64,000 nt of DNA. Origin: Pristiophorus japonicus. Its lineage: Eukaryota. Both the position numbers and the translations under genes were made by a program. Within the stretch, counting starts at the first letter, position 1, and each line of letters starts with the position of its first letter. The stretch covers positions 21,328,001 to 21,392,000 of the forward strand of contig NC_091991.1 of the NCBI RefSeq assembly GCF_044704955.1. Reading direction: 5' to 3'. Positions 52,235 through 64,000 of the stretch are shown here, one piece after another. A model generated the notes under the pieces. The model had not been told where the DNA came from and did not search any database. It saw nothing but the letters and a program-made list of their open reading frames with translations.

Positions 52235-52739
52235 AGTGGGCACCAATTGTTGCCCTCCAATAGCAAATTTTGTGTCAATATCTATATTGAATTTTACAGC
52301 ACAGATATAGGCCATTTGGTCCAACAGGTTTATGCTCCACCCACCTGACTTCATCTCACCCTATCAACATATCCTTCTCTTTCTTTCTCCCTCATGCATT
52401 TATCTAGCTTCCCCTTAAATGCATCTCTGTATCTGTTGATGCAGGAGCACCATTAGGACTGTACAATTACACGGGGCTCTGAGTCAGTGACTTTTTCCAC
52501 CATGTTGCTGTGTTTCTGATCTCTGGTCAAATAAAAGAGCTTGTGACAAAAATGATGCATGTTTAGTTTATGATGTACGATATTAACTTCCTTCTTTCTG
52601 TCGTGGTAGATACAGGGTTAAAAAAAATCAGAATCACTCAAAGAAAATGGTCCAGTTCTTTTTGATACACAAGAGCACCAGAAGATAAATTAGGGTTGTT
52701 CAAGATATTCAGGGTAGGCTGCCAAGCCATTCAATTCAA

Positions 52740-52850
52740 ATCAACCTGGAACATTAACCTCACGTTCCTCTCTCCACAAATGCTGCCTGAGCGTTTCCAG
52801 CATTTTCTGTTTTTATTTCTGATTTTATATCTGCAGTATTTTGTATTTTA
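52740..52850 (+). mobile_element. Degenerate Penelope terminal-repeat fragment
   Basis: Similar to the reverse complement of 11150-11250 (CTCTCCACA.ATGCTGCCTGA..TTCCAGCATTTTCTG). Confidence 0.6.
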
Positions 52851-55261
52851 CAATCATCTTGTGGGTTTCCTTTGAATATATATGTTTAATTGGCAGCCCT
52901 TTTTGAGTGTTAGAGAGACTTCATGGATGGTCAGTAACCAATCACTAGGTAAGGAAGTTCAGGTGAGGGCATGTAACGTAACCAATAAGATGAAATGTAA
53001 TGATTCAGTGTTCAATCTCTGGGATTGTGACTAACTATCTAGGTATTGAGAGGTAAAGGCACACACTAGGTCACAGGGAGTGAACGCTTGCCTATAGGTG
53101 TGGTCTGAAACACTGAACCACTGAACCAAAAAATGAATTATTACAAAGTAGCACAGTTAGAGAGTAAGAACTTTGATTGTTGAATCCTACCTTTTCTGAT
53201 TTACAAAAATCTTGAACATATTCATTTTCATTGCTTGATTACACATAAAATCCATAGTTTATAGGCATAAATAATTTCAATACAACATCAATCTGTATTT
53301 ATATAATGCCCGTAAAGTAGAAAAGCTTTCCATGTTGCCACACAGAGGTGTAATCAAAAAAATGTACGCTCAGCCAAACAAAGAAATATTGGTCAAAAAG
53401 ATGCGATTTAAGGGAAAGGTCTTAAAGGAGGTGGGAGGTGGAGGGGTAGAAATGTTTAGGGACATGGCCACCAATGGTGAGGCGAAGGAGGGGGGGTGGC
53501 AGGGGGGAGCCAAAGTCAGAGGAAAAGAGAGTTTGGTCAGGGAGGTTTAGAGCTAGATGAGGTTACAGAGATATTGAAAGACATGGCCATATATTTAATG
53601 TGTTGGAGGCCCAGGAGCCAAAGTAGGTCAGTGAGGACAGTGGGTGACAGCTGAAGGGGATTTGGTGTGATAGTGTTATATTTCTCTTTCACCAAAAGTT
53701 TAATTGTACAGAACCAGCTGAAACTATTGCGTTGGCATTTATTAACTTTTATTTGACTCAGGAGCAGAGGGAATCAGGAACCAGTTATGTTTTATTTAAA
53801 AGTTGATGTCAGAGGTCCTGTGATGGGATGAACTTGACTTGTGGACAGGATGGGGTCAGTATGGAGCACGGGTAAACTAATGTCCAGATTCAGAGAAGGT
53901 TTTCATGTGGAAAGTGGAGGAGGTGTGGAGAATCGACCATGAGCCAGCCTTAGGTTGATCCAGGGGTCCAGCGGAGGTGAATCGTGGCCTTGGTGATGAG
54001 TAGTGCACACCAATAGATCGCGTATAACAGTGGAAAGCAGCAGAGCAAAGGTCATTCAGTAGCCGTGGAGCAGAATCTAGAGCAGGGTGGGAACCAGCAA
54101 AAACAGATCAGAGCTAACTCATGGTAGAGTGGAAAATTCCCAACAGAGAAGTAAAAAACTGAGAATCCAGTAGCAGATAAGATACTAGAATCGAGACGAC
54201 CCAGCAGAAAATAGCATCTCCATGGAAACAACGATGATGTTGGAGGTCCAGAAGCAGTGAAGAAATGGTCTACACCACACCTTGCCATTCTTTGTGTGTA
54301 AGTCATTGGCGGTCATAAAAAACTTTTCACGACCACCGGATATCTCAAAACACTTTACAGCCAATGAAGTAATTTTGAAGTGGAGTCACTGGTTGTAATG
54401 TGGGAATTTGTGCACAGCAGCCAATTTGTGCACAGCAAGCTCCCACAAACAGCAATGTGATAATGACCAGAAAATCTGTTTTGTTATGTTGGTTGAGGGA
54501 TTCAGGAGTTATTTATTCAACTTATTTTCCGATTGGAAATTGCACTGAGAAAAAAATCGCCGCACAGATGTAACTTCCTGCATATAGTGTAAAATGAGTC
54601 CGAAACCATGTTTAGCGAGCTGGCACAGGTAAGATGGGCCTAATGGCCTCCTTTTGCACTGTAACATTCTATGATTCTCTGATATACCTGCAATCTGTAA
54701 ACCTATTTGGAAAAGTTGATCGGTTGTATTTTCTTGTATAATATCATCCATTTGCATGGCACCTGCTACAGTTTGGGGTACATCAATTCAGCACAATACA
54801 AAGATAGTGGAAGCATGGAAAGAGGTCCAGATGCAAAGTGCAAGATTGTGGCGTCGAAGGAGTTTGACTGAAAATTTGATTTACGTTAAAAGTCCACTCC
54901 CGCCTCCATAATTTAATGGTCAAGTGGCCACCTGGTTGGCTATAAACCCTGCAGATCAGGTTTTATTTCTGCTCTGTGATGATTAAAGGCATTTCAATGG
55001 GTTGACACTTTGACATTTTTTTTCATTTTTAAAAAATTATGTGGTCATTCACACCTGTGAGTTTTATAATTGATTTGGAAATCTACTAATACTCTCTTTT
55101 TGAAGTTGTAATTGCATTATTCAGATTCCTTGTGCAAATTGGACCATACCACTCTTGCTTCAAACCTTTGGCTATTTGTATTTCCGATGTCATTTACTGC
55201 ATGCTGCATTTTAATGGCCATAAATCCATTATCACTTTTAAAATCTACTTCAACTATATTA

Positions 55262-55820
55262 AAGAAAGACTTGCGTTTATATAGCTTCTTTCACGACCAC
55301 TGGACATCTCAAAGCATTTTGCAGCCAATGAAGTACTTTTGGAATGTAGTCACTGTTGTAATTTAGGAAACACGGCAGCCAATTTGCGCACAGCAATCTC
55401 CCACAAACAGCAATGTGATAATGACCAGATAATCTGTTTTTATTATGTTGATTGAGGGATAAATATTTGCCAGGACACCGGGGATAATTCCCCACTCTTC
55501 TTCGAAATAAACTCCCTCAGCACTGCACTGGAGTGTCAGCCTAGATTTGTGTGCCTAAGTCCCTGGAGTGGAATTTGAACCCACAACCTTCTGACTCAGA
55601 GGTGATAAGTGCTAGGCACTGAGCCACAGCTGACACTCAAACAAAGTCTTGCATTTATAGCACCTTTCACAACCACAGGACATCCCAAAACGCTTTGCAG
55701 CCGTAATGTTCCTACATTACAACAGTGACTATACTCCAAAAGTACTTCATTGGATGTAAAGTGCTTTGGGAAGTCCTGAGGTCATGAAAGGTGCTGTAGA
55801 AATGCAAGTCTTTTCTTTTA
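55262..55820 (-). mobile_element. SacSINE1-like SINE (55262-55637) followed by two oppositely oriented SINE tail fragments
   Basis: tRNA-like head GTGGCTCAGTG..GGGTTCAAATTCC on the minus strand; shared L2-type 3' tail. Confidence 0.75.
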
Positions 55821-56089
55821 ATGATTATGGCATTGGGTGCCAGGTTGATCAGCGTTTACTGAGCGTGTTGCACGTTATATTCAAGTAATGCTCGATCAGC
55901 TCACTATTATTTCTTTATTTTGGATGGGGGATGGGGCCGGGAAGGAATGGCTTACAACGCTTTGAAGTTTTCAGTGCACTCAACAAAGGGGCTTGCCAGG
56001 ATCACACACAACCACAGCGAGCAGCGGGTGCATGCAGGTGCAAAACATGCAAAAAATAGCACAGATCCTGGCAAATAGGAATGATACAA

Positions 56090-57805
56090 AGAACAGCAAA
56101 GGTCACAAAACAGATAGTAAGAGCTCTAAAAAGGGAGTATGAAAGGAAACTTGCAAGGGATATCAAAATCAATACAAAGAATTTTTACAATTATATTAAG
56201 GAAAATAGGTAATCAGGAGCAACGTAAGCCCCTTAAAAACTGAAAGCGGTGATATTGTACTGTCAATGATAATAAGGAAATGGCAGACGTGTTGAATAAT
56301 TACTTTGCGCCAGTATTTACAGTAAAAGAACAGGATAGCATGCCGGAAATCCCAAGGAAACTAATACTGAATCGGGGCCAGGTACTCAATGAAATTAACC
56401 TAAGTAAAATAACAGTAATGAAGACAATAATGGCACTAAAGAGTAACAAATCCTCAGGACCAGATTGTTTCCATCCAAGGGTTTAAAGGAAGCAGGTGTG
56501 CACATTGCAGATGCCCTAACTATAATCTTGCAAACTCCTCTCAACTCAGGAACCGTTTCTTTAGATTGGAAAATTGCATATTTCACTCTGCTATTTAAGA
56601 ATGGCAAGAGAAAAAAAACAGGCAATTATGGACCAGTTAACCTAACATCTGTTGTCAGGAAATTGCTAGAGTGTATAATTAAGGAAAGGATGACTGATAG
56701 TGCTACGGACCAAGAGCTGGAAAGTAGGATTAGGCTGGATAGCTCTTGGTCGGTCGGCGCGGACACAATGGGCCGAAATGGCCTCCTTCCGTGCTGTAAA
56801 TTTCTATGATTCCATGAACTCCTTGAAAATTTTCAGTTGATCAGAGAGAGCCAGCATGGATTTATGAAAGGTAGGTCATGCCTGATAAACCTGATTGAAT
56901 TTTTTGAAGAGATGACCAAAATAGTGAATAAGGGAATGTCTATGGATGTTATTTATAAGGACTTCCAGAAGGCATTTGATAAAGTTCCACATAAGAGACT
57001 GTTAACTAAGGTAGAAGCCCATAGAATTGAGGGCAAATTATTAACCTGGTTAGGAAATTGGCTGAACAGCAGGAGACGAAGAGCAGGGATAATGGGTAGG
57101 TACTCAAATTGACAGGATGTGACTAGTGGTGTCCCGCAAGGATCTGTGTTGGGGCCTCAACTATTCACAGTATTTATTAATGACTTAAATGATGGCATAG
57201 AAAGTCTTATATCGAAATTTGCTGATGACACAAAGCTAGGGGGCATTATAAGCAGTGTAGATGAAACCTTAAAATTACAAAGGGATATTGATAAATTGAG
57301 TGAATGGGCAAAACTATGGCAAATGGATTTTAATGTAAGCAAATGGGAGGTCATTCACTTTGAACCTAAAATGGATAGAACAGGGTACAGTCTAAATGGT
57401 GAAAAGCTAAAAAGAGTGGAGGTCAAAAGAGACTTGGGGGTTCAGGTACATAGATCATTAAAATGTCATGAACGGGTACAGAAGATAATCAAAAAGGCTA
57501 ATGGAATGCTAACCTTTGTATCGAGAAGACAATTAGAATACAAGGGGGTACCAAGTTCTGCTGCAGCTCTACAAAACTCTGGTTAGACCACACCTGGAGT
57601 ACTGTGAGCAGTTCTGGGCACCACATCTTAGGAAGGATATATTGGCCTTGGAGGGAGTACAGCGTAGTTTTACCAGAATTATACCCGGACTTCAAGGGTT
57701 AAGTTATGAGACGAGATTACACAAATTAGAATTGTATTCCTTATTATTCAGAAGGGTAAGGGGTAGTCTGATCAAAGTTTTCAGGATATTAATGGGAACA
57801 GATAG
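56090..57805 (+). mobile_element. Degenerate CR1 ORF2 with a short HER1/HE1-type tail inserted (~56697-56815)
   Basis: NYFAPVFT, QHGFMKGRSCL, KFADD motifs. Confidence 0.85.
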
Positions 57806-58022
57806 GCTTTTTCAGCAGCACCTCCCAAACTCGTGACCTCTACCATCTCGAAGGAGCACCATTACCTGCAAATTACCCTCCAAGTTACACACCATCCTGA
57901 CTTGGAACTATATTGCTGTTCCTTCATCGTCGCTGGGTCAAAAGCCTGGAACTCCCTCCCTAACAACACTGTGGGAGTACCTTCATCACAAGGACTGCAG
58001 CAGTTCAAGAAGGTGGCTCACT

Positions 58023-58464
58023 CATCATCATCATAGGCAGTCCTTGACATCGAGGAAGACTAGCTTCCACTCTAAAAGTGAGTTCTCAGATGGCCATACA
58101 GTCCAATGCAGGAATTTCAGTCTCTGTCACAGGTGGGGCAGACAGTGGTTGAAGGAAAGGGTGGGTGGGGAGCTGGGTTTGCCGTACGCTCCTTCCGCTG
58201 CCTGCACTCAGCGCCCTCCCGGATGCTCCTCCTCCATTTTAGATGGTCTTGGGCCAGGGATTCCCGGGTGCCGGTGGGGATGTTGCACTTTATCAAGGAG
58301 GCTTTGAGGGTCTCTTTGAAATGTTTTCTCTGCCCACCTGGGGCTCGCTTGCCGTGTAGGAGTTCCGAGTAGAGCGCTAGCTTTGGGTGTCTCGTGTCAG
58401 GCATGCGGACAATGTGGCCTGCCCAACAGAGCTGGTTGAGCGTGCTTAGTGCTTCGATGCTGGT
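58023..58464 (-). mobile_element. RTE 3' fragment inserted in a CR1-lineage-2 fragment (57806-58479)
   Basis: TSD TGGCTCACT at 58014-58022 and 58465-58473; (CAT)n tail. Confidence 0.82.
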
Positions 58465-58479
58465 TGGCTCACTACCACC

Positions 58480-61400
58480 TGTCATGTTTGTAACTACAAT
58501 GTAACACCACTGTATAAGAACATAAGAACATAAGAATTAGGAACAGGAGTAGGCCATCTAGTCCCTCGAGCCTGCTCCACCATTCAACAAGATCATGGCT
58601 GATCTGGCCGTGGACTCAGCTCCACTTACCCGCCCGCTCCCCGTAACCCTTAATTCCCTTATTGGTTAAAAATCTATCTATCTGCGACTTGAATACATTC
58701 AATGAGCTAGCCTCAACTGTTTTCTTGGGCAGAGAATTTCACAGATTCACAACCCTCTGGGAGAAGAAATTCCTTCTCAACTCGGTTTTAAATTGGCTCC
58801 CCCGTATTTTGAGGCTGTGCCCCCTAGTTCTAGTCTCACCGACCAGTGGAAACAATCTCTCTGCCTCTATCTTGTCTATCCCTTTCATTATTTTAAATGT
58901 TTCTATAAGATCACCCCTCATCCTTCTGAACTCCAACGAGTAAAGACCCAGTCTACTCAATCTATCATCATAAGGTAACCCCCTCATCTCCGGAATCAGC
59001 CGAGTGAATCGTCTCTGTACCCCCTCCAAAACTAGTATATCCTTCCTTAAGTAAGGTGACCAAAACTGCACGCAGTACTCCAGGTGCGGCCTCACCAATA
59101 CCCTGTACAGTTGCAGCAGGACCTCCCTGCTTTTGTACTCCATCCCTCTTGCAATGAAGGCCAACATTCCATTCGCCTTCCTGATTACCTGCTGTACCTG
59201 CAAACTAACCTTTTGGGATTCATGCACAAGGACCCCCAGGTCCCTCTGCACCGCAGCATGTTATAATTTCTCCCCATTCAAATAATATTCCCTTTTACTG
59301 TTTTTTTTCCCAAGGTGGATGACCTCACATTTTCCAACATTGTATTCCATCTGCCAACCCTTAGCTCATTCGCTTAACCTATCTAAATCTCTTTGCAGCC
59401 TCTCTGTGTCCTCTACATAACCCGCTTCCCCATTAATCTTTGTGTCATCTGCAAATTTTGTTACACTACACTCTGCTCCCTCCTCCAGGTCATCTATGTA
59501 TATTGTAAACAGTTGTGGTCCCAGCACCGATCCCTGTGGCACACCACTAACCACCGATTTTCAACCCGAAAAGGACCCATTTATCCCAACTCTCTGCTTT
59601 CTGTTCGCCAGCCAATTCTCGATTCATGCTAATACATTTCCTCTGACGCCGCGTATCTTTATCTTCTGCAGTAACCTTTTGTGTGGCACCTTATCGAATG
59701 CCTTTTGGAAATCTAAATACACCACATCCATCGGTACACCTCTATCCACCATGCTCGTTATATCTTCAAAGAATTCCAGTAAATTAGTTAAACATGATTT
59801 CCCCTTCATGAATCCATGTTGCGTCTGCTTGATTGCACTATTCCTATCTAGTTGTCCCGCTATTTCTTCCTTAATGATATCTTCAAGCATTTTCCCCACT
59901 GCAGATGTTAAACTAACCGGCCTATAGTTACCTGCCTTTTGTCTACCCCCTTTTTTAAACAGAGGCGTTACATTAGCTGCTTTCCAATCCACTGGTACCT
60001 CCCCAGAGTCCAGAGAATTTTGATAGATTATAACCAATGCATCTGCTATAATTTCTGCCATCTCTTTTAATACCCTGGGATGCATTTCATCAGGACCAGG
60101 GGACTTGTCTACCTTGAGTCCCATTAGCCTGTCCAGCACTACCCCGCTCGTGATAGTGATTGTCTCAAGGTCCTCCCTTCCCACATTCCCGTGACCAGCA
60201 ATTTTTGGCATGGTTTTTGTGTCTTCCACTGTGAAGACCGAAGCAAAATAATTGTTTAAGGTCTCAGCCATTTCCACATTTCCCATTATTAAATCCCCCT
60301 TCTCATCTTCTGAAGGACCAACATTTACTTTAGTCACTCTTTTCCTTTTTATGTATCGGTAAAAGCTTTTACTATCTGTTTTTATGTTTTGCTATATCGG
60401 TAAAAGCTTTTACTATCTGTTTTTATGTTTTGCTGTATACACTCAACACAGATGCACACCTTGACCACAGGTGGTGAACTTGTGGGAGACACTCCTTACC
60501 TGATCACTCACGTATATAAAGGGAGGTCCCACACAGGGTCATCACTTCTGGAGTGCTGTAATAAAGAGTTAAGGTCACTGAGTGGCCTTGTCCCTGGAAT
60601 GTGCCTCGTGTGGTTTCATGCTGTAGAGTAAGGACTTTACATTGGCGACGAGAAACGGGAATTCACGACCCACGAGAATGGCCACCGGTAGCATAGATGA
60701 ACGGTATTGTGTTGGGGAAGACTGGGACGATTTTGTTGAGAGGCTTCAGCAGAGCTTTGTCACGAAAGACTGGCTGGCCGACAAGCGTCGGGCTCATCTT
60801 TTGACCAGCTGTGGGCCAAAGACTTGTGCGCTCATTAAGGACTTACTGGCACCCGAAAAGCCGTCGAACAAAAGCTTTGAAGAGCTTAGCAAGTTGATTG
60901 GGGAGCACCTCAAGCCAGCGAGCAGCATACACATGGCTCGACACAGATTCTACACCCACCGATGTCATGAAGGACAGAGCATACCGGACTTTGTAGCGGA
61001 CCTCAGGCGCTTGGCCAGCCTCTGTAAGTTCACAGATGCCTACAGGAGGAAAATGCTCAGGGACTTCTTTATCGAGGGTATCAGTCACGTGGGAATTTTT
61101 CACAAGTTAATTGAGACCAAGGGCTTGACCTTGGAAGCGGCGGCGTTGTTGACTCAGACTTTCATGGTGGGGGAGGAAGAGACGAAAATGATTTACGCAC
61201 ACAATTCTGCCTCCAATGCGGCGATGGATCAGGGAGTCAATGTCCTCAATGCTACTCAGAGCCCCGCGGGCAGGCAGGGGCAGTCCGACATTCATCAGGC
61301 AGTAATAGACCCGAGAGTAGGACCTCAACAGAGACAAAGGCAGGCTGAACGGACATTCACGCCATCACAGTGGACAATGCGGCCCAGGATAGGCCATTGA

Positions 61401-64000
61401 TACCTACTAATAGGGTACTTAGGAGCAGTCAGAGGGACAGTCAGCACGGAATTCCTGACCACAACCCTTTTGTCCCTAACAATGGAAACTTTAACTCGTG
61501 CTGGAGGTGTGGGGGAAAACACTCAGCCAGATCTTGCAGATTCCATCAGTTTGTCTGCAGAAACTGAAACCTCAGTGGCCATTTAGCTCGTATGTGCAGA
61601 AAAGCCTGCAACCAGACTTATATATGAGGCAGATGGACCAGAAGAGGGTTCTGTGAGGCAGGATGACTTTTGGGGCAAATTGATGGACGCCGAGGTTCAG
61701 CGGGTCCATGCGGCGACTATTCACAGTTCATACACCAAAACGCCACCAATGATGATGAGGGTTTTATTGAACGGTATCCCAGTACGCATGGAGCTGGACA
61801 CGGGGGCCAGCTAGTCACTCATGGGCGTTCAACAATTCGAGAAGCTATGGACACTTCAAGCCAGTAGACCCAAATTAGAACGTATCGAGACACAATTAAG
61901 GACTTACACCAAAGAAATCATTCCGGTGCTAGGCAGTACAATGTTGGCTGTCACGCACGATGGCTTAGTGAACCGGCTGCTGCTCTGGATTGTCCCGGGC
62001 AATGGTCCCGCACTGTTGGGGAGGAGCTGGTTAGCCGAGATGAACTGGAAATGGGGGGATGTTCACGCAATGTCCTCGGTGGAGCGAAGTTCGTGGTCAC
62101 AAGTCCTACAACAATTTGAGTCACTTTTCCAACCGGGGGTCGGGACTTTCAAAGACACTAAAGTAGTGATACTCATCACCCCGGATGCCAGGCCAGTGCA
62201 CCACAAAGCCAGAGCGGTGCCGTATGTGATTTGGGAGAAAATCGAGAGCGAATTGGACCGGCTATTTTGAGAGGGCATCATCTCGCCTGTTGAATTCAGC
62301 GACTGGGCGAGCCCCATCGTCCCCACCTTAAAGCGGATGGCTCTGTCAGGATCTGTGGCGACTACAAGGCCACCATCAATCGGGTGTCCTTACAAGACCA
62401 ATACCCGCTCCCAAGTGCGGAGGACCTCTTCACCACGCTGGCAGGCGGCAAGCTGTTCAACAAGTTGGACCTCACTTCAGCCTATATGACCCAGGAACTG
62501 GCCGACGAATCTAAACTACTGACCACCATCACCACGCACAAGGGACTGTTCGTTTATAACAGGTGCCCGTTTGGCATTCGATCAGCGGCCGTGATTTTTC
62601 AACGTAACATGGAAAGCCTACTTAAATCCATCCCTGGAACAATCGTATTCCAGGACGACATCCTCATCACGGGTCGAGACACCGAGGAACACCTCCACAA
62701 CCTGGAGGAGGTGCTACGCCGACTGGACCGGGTAGGCCTGCGACTCAAGAAGTCTAAATGCGTGTTCTTAGCTCTTGAGGTTGAGTTTCTGGGCGGGAGG
62801 GTTGCTGCAGATGGGATTCGGCCCACCGAATCCAAGACAAAGGCAATTCGACGAGCACCCAGGCCGTGCAACACATCGGAGCTGCGTTCATTCCTGGGAC
62901 CGTTGAACTATTTCGGGAACTTTCTGCTGAACTTGGAGCACGTTGTTGGAAACGCTACACGTGCTCCTGCGTAAGGGTTGCGATTGGTTTTGGGGAGACT
63001 GTCAGGAACGGGCTTTTCATCGGGCGCGAAACCGACTGTGTTCAAACAAGCTGTTGACCCTGTACGACCCTTGCAAAAGTTTAGTTCTGACATGTGATGC
63101 ATCGTCCTATGGGGTTGGGTGCGTGTTGCAGCAGGGTAATGCTGAGGGTCAAGCAGAACGGGGCTATGGGATGGTTGAGAAGGAAGCGCTTGCATGTGTC
63201 TATGGTGTAAAGAAAATGCATCCGTGCCTCTTTGTTCGGAAGTTTGAATTAGAGATGGACCATAAGCCACTCACATCCCTGTTGTCAGACAGCAAGGCTG
63301 TCAATGCCATCGCATCAGCCCGCATACACCGATGGACTCTTATGCTAGCGGCCTATGATTACTCCATCCGGCACTGCGCTGGCGCGCTCAGCAGGCTCCC
63401 ACTGGCCACCACCAAGGGGACAGCTGTGCAAAGTGCTGAGATGGTCATGGCTGTCGATGCTTTCGACAGTGGAGGCTCCCCTATCACAGCCCGCCAGATC
63501 AAAATCTGGACAAACAGGGATCCCCTCCTATCCCTGATTAAGAAATGTGTGCTGACTGGGGATTGGGCGCCCGCACACGGAGCATGCCCTGAGGAGGTCA
63601 GACCATTCCACAGATGGATGGATGAGCTCTCCATCCAAGCTGACTCTGGGGCAGCCGTGTAGTCATGCCCCAAAGGGCAGGGAGGCATTCATCAGGGAAC
63701 TCCACAGCGAGCACCCAGGCATTGTGATGATGAAGGCCATTGCCCGGTCACACAATGGCCCGGAAATGACTCAGACCTGGAACACTGTGTTTGCAGGTGC
63801 ACGACGTGTGCCCAGCTGGGTAATGCCCCCAGGGAGGCCCCGCTCAGCCCGTGGCCCTGGCCCACCAGGCCACGGTCAGGCATTCACGCTGACTACGCGG
63901 GCCCGTTCATGGGGAAGATGTTCCTTATCGTTGTAGATGCGTACTCGAAATGGATCGAGTGCATCATCCTGAATTCATGCACGTCATCCACCACCATGGA
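58480..64000 (+). mobile_element. Gypsy LTR retrotransposon (degenerate gag-pro-RT-RNaseH-IN), 5' LTR probably split by CR1; runs off the window
   Basis: LTR pieces 58480-58515 (TGTCATG..) and ~60431-60641 (..TTTACA); PBS TGGCGACGAG; gag EDWDDFVERL, CWRCGGKH..C; LDTGAS; FQDDIL; CDASSYGVG; IHADYAGP..VDAYSKW; several stops and frameshifts. Confidence 0.92.
58516..60434 (-). mobile_element. Young CR1 LINE (RT half), inserted in a Gypsy LTR
   Basis: ORFs 59624-60337, 59366-59554, 58739-59251; (CTTATGTT)n tail; 41-bp tandem duplication at its 5' end. Confidence 0.93.

Larger units (their letters stand above)
51199..52283. mobile_element. Putative MITE / non-autonomous DNA element with 22-bp terminal inverted repeats
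   Basis: AGATATTGACACAAAAATTGCT at 51199-51220 vs its reverse complement (1 mismatch) at 52262-52283. Confidence 0.6.

Overview
Vertebrate genomic window, most likely a shark or other chondrichthyan (inferred from dominant CR1/HER1-type LINEs with (TCTATG/CTTATGTT)n tails, SacSINE1-like SINEs and RTE LINEs). The one host gene is TMEM19 on the minus strand: coding exons 1-5 lie at 36592 down to 2147, the last exon lies beyond position 1, and a CpG-rich ETS/CCAAT promoter sits near 36.9-37.1 kb. Most of the rest is nested transposable elements: several CR1 subfamilies (one with near-complete ORF2), RTE/BovB-like LINEs and SINEs, L2, a Penelope-like element with a hammerhead-like motif, a young Tx1 LINE, two Gypsy LTR elements, hAT/MITE elements and an RPL27 retropseudogene. 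The most unusual items are (i) a poly(A)-tailed retroposon built as a mosaic of U2 and U1 snRNA modules in TMEM19 intron 1 (SINEU-like), (ii) a young Tx1 inserted with a 14-bp TSD into a CR1 ORF2 motif, (iii) an RPL27 retrocopy fused directly to a CR1 3' end, and (iv) a gag-pro-only non-autonomous Gypsy with TG...TA LTRs. All family assignments are from motif recognition by eye, not database searches.
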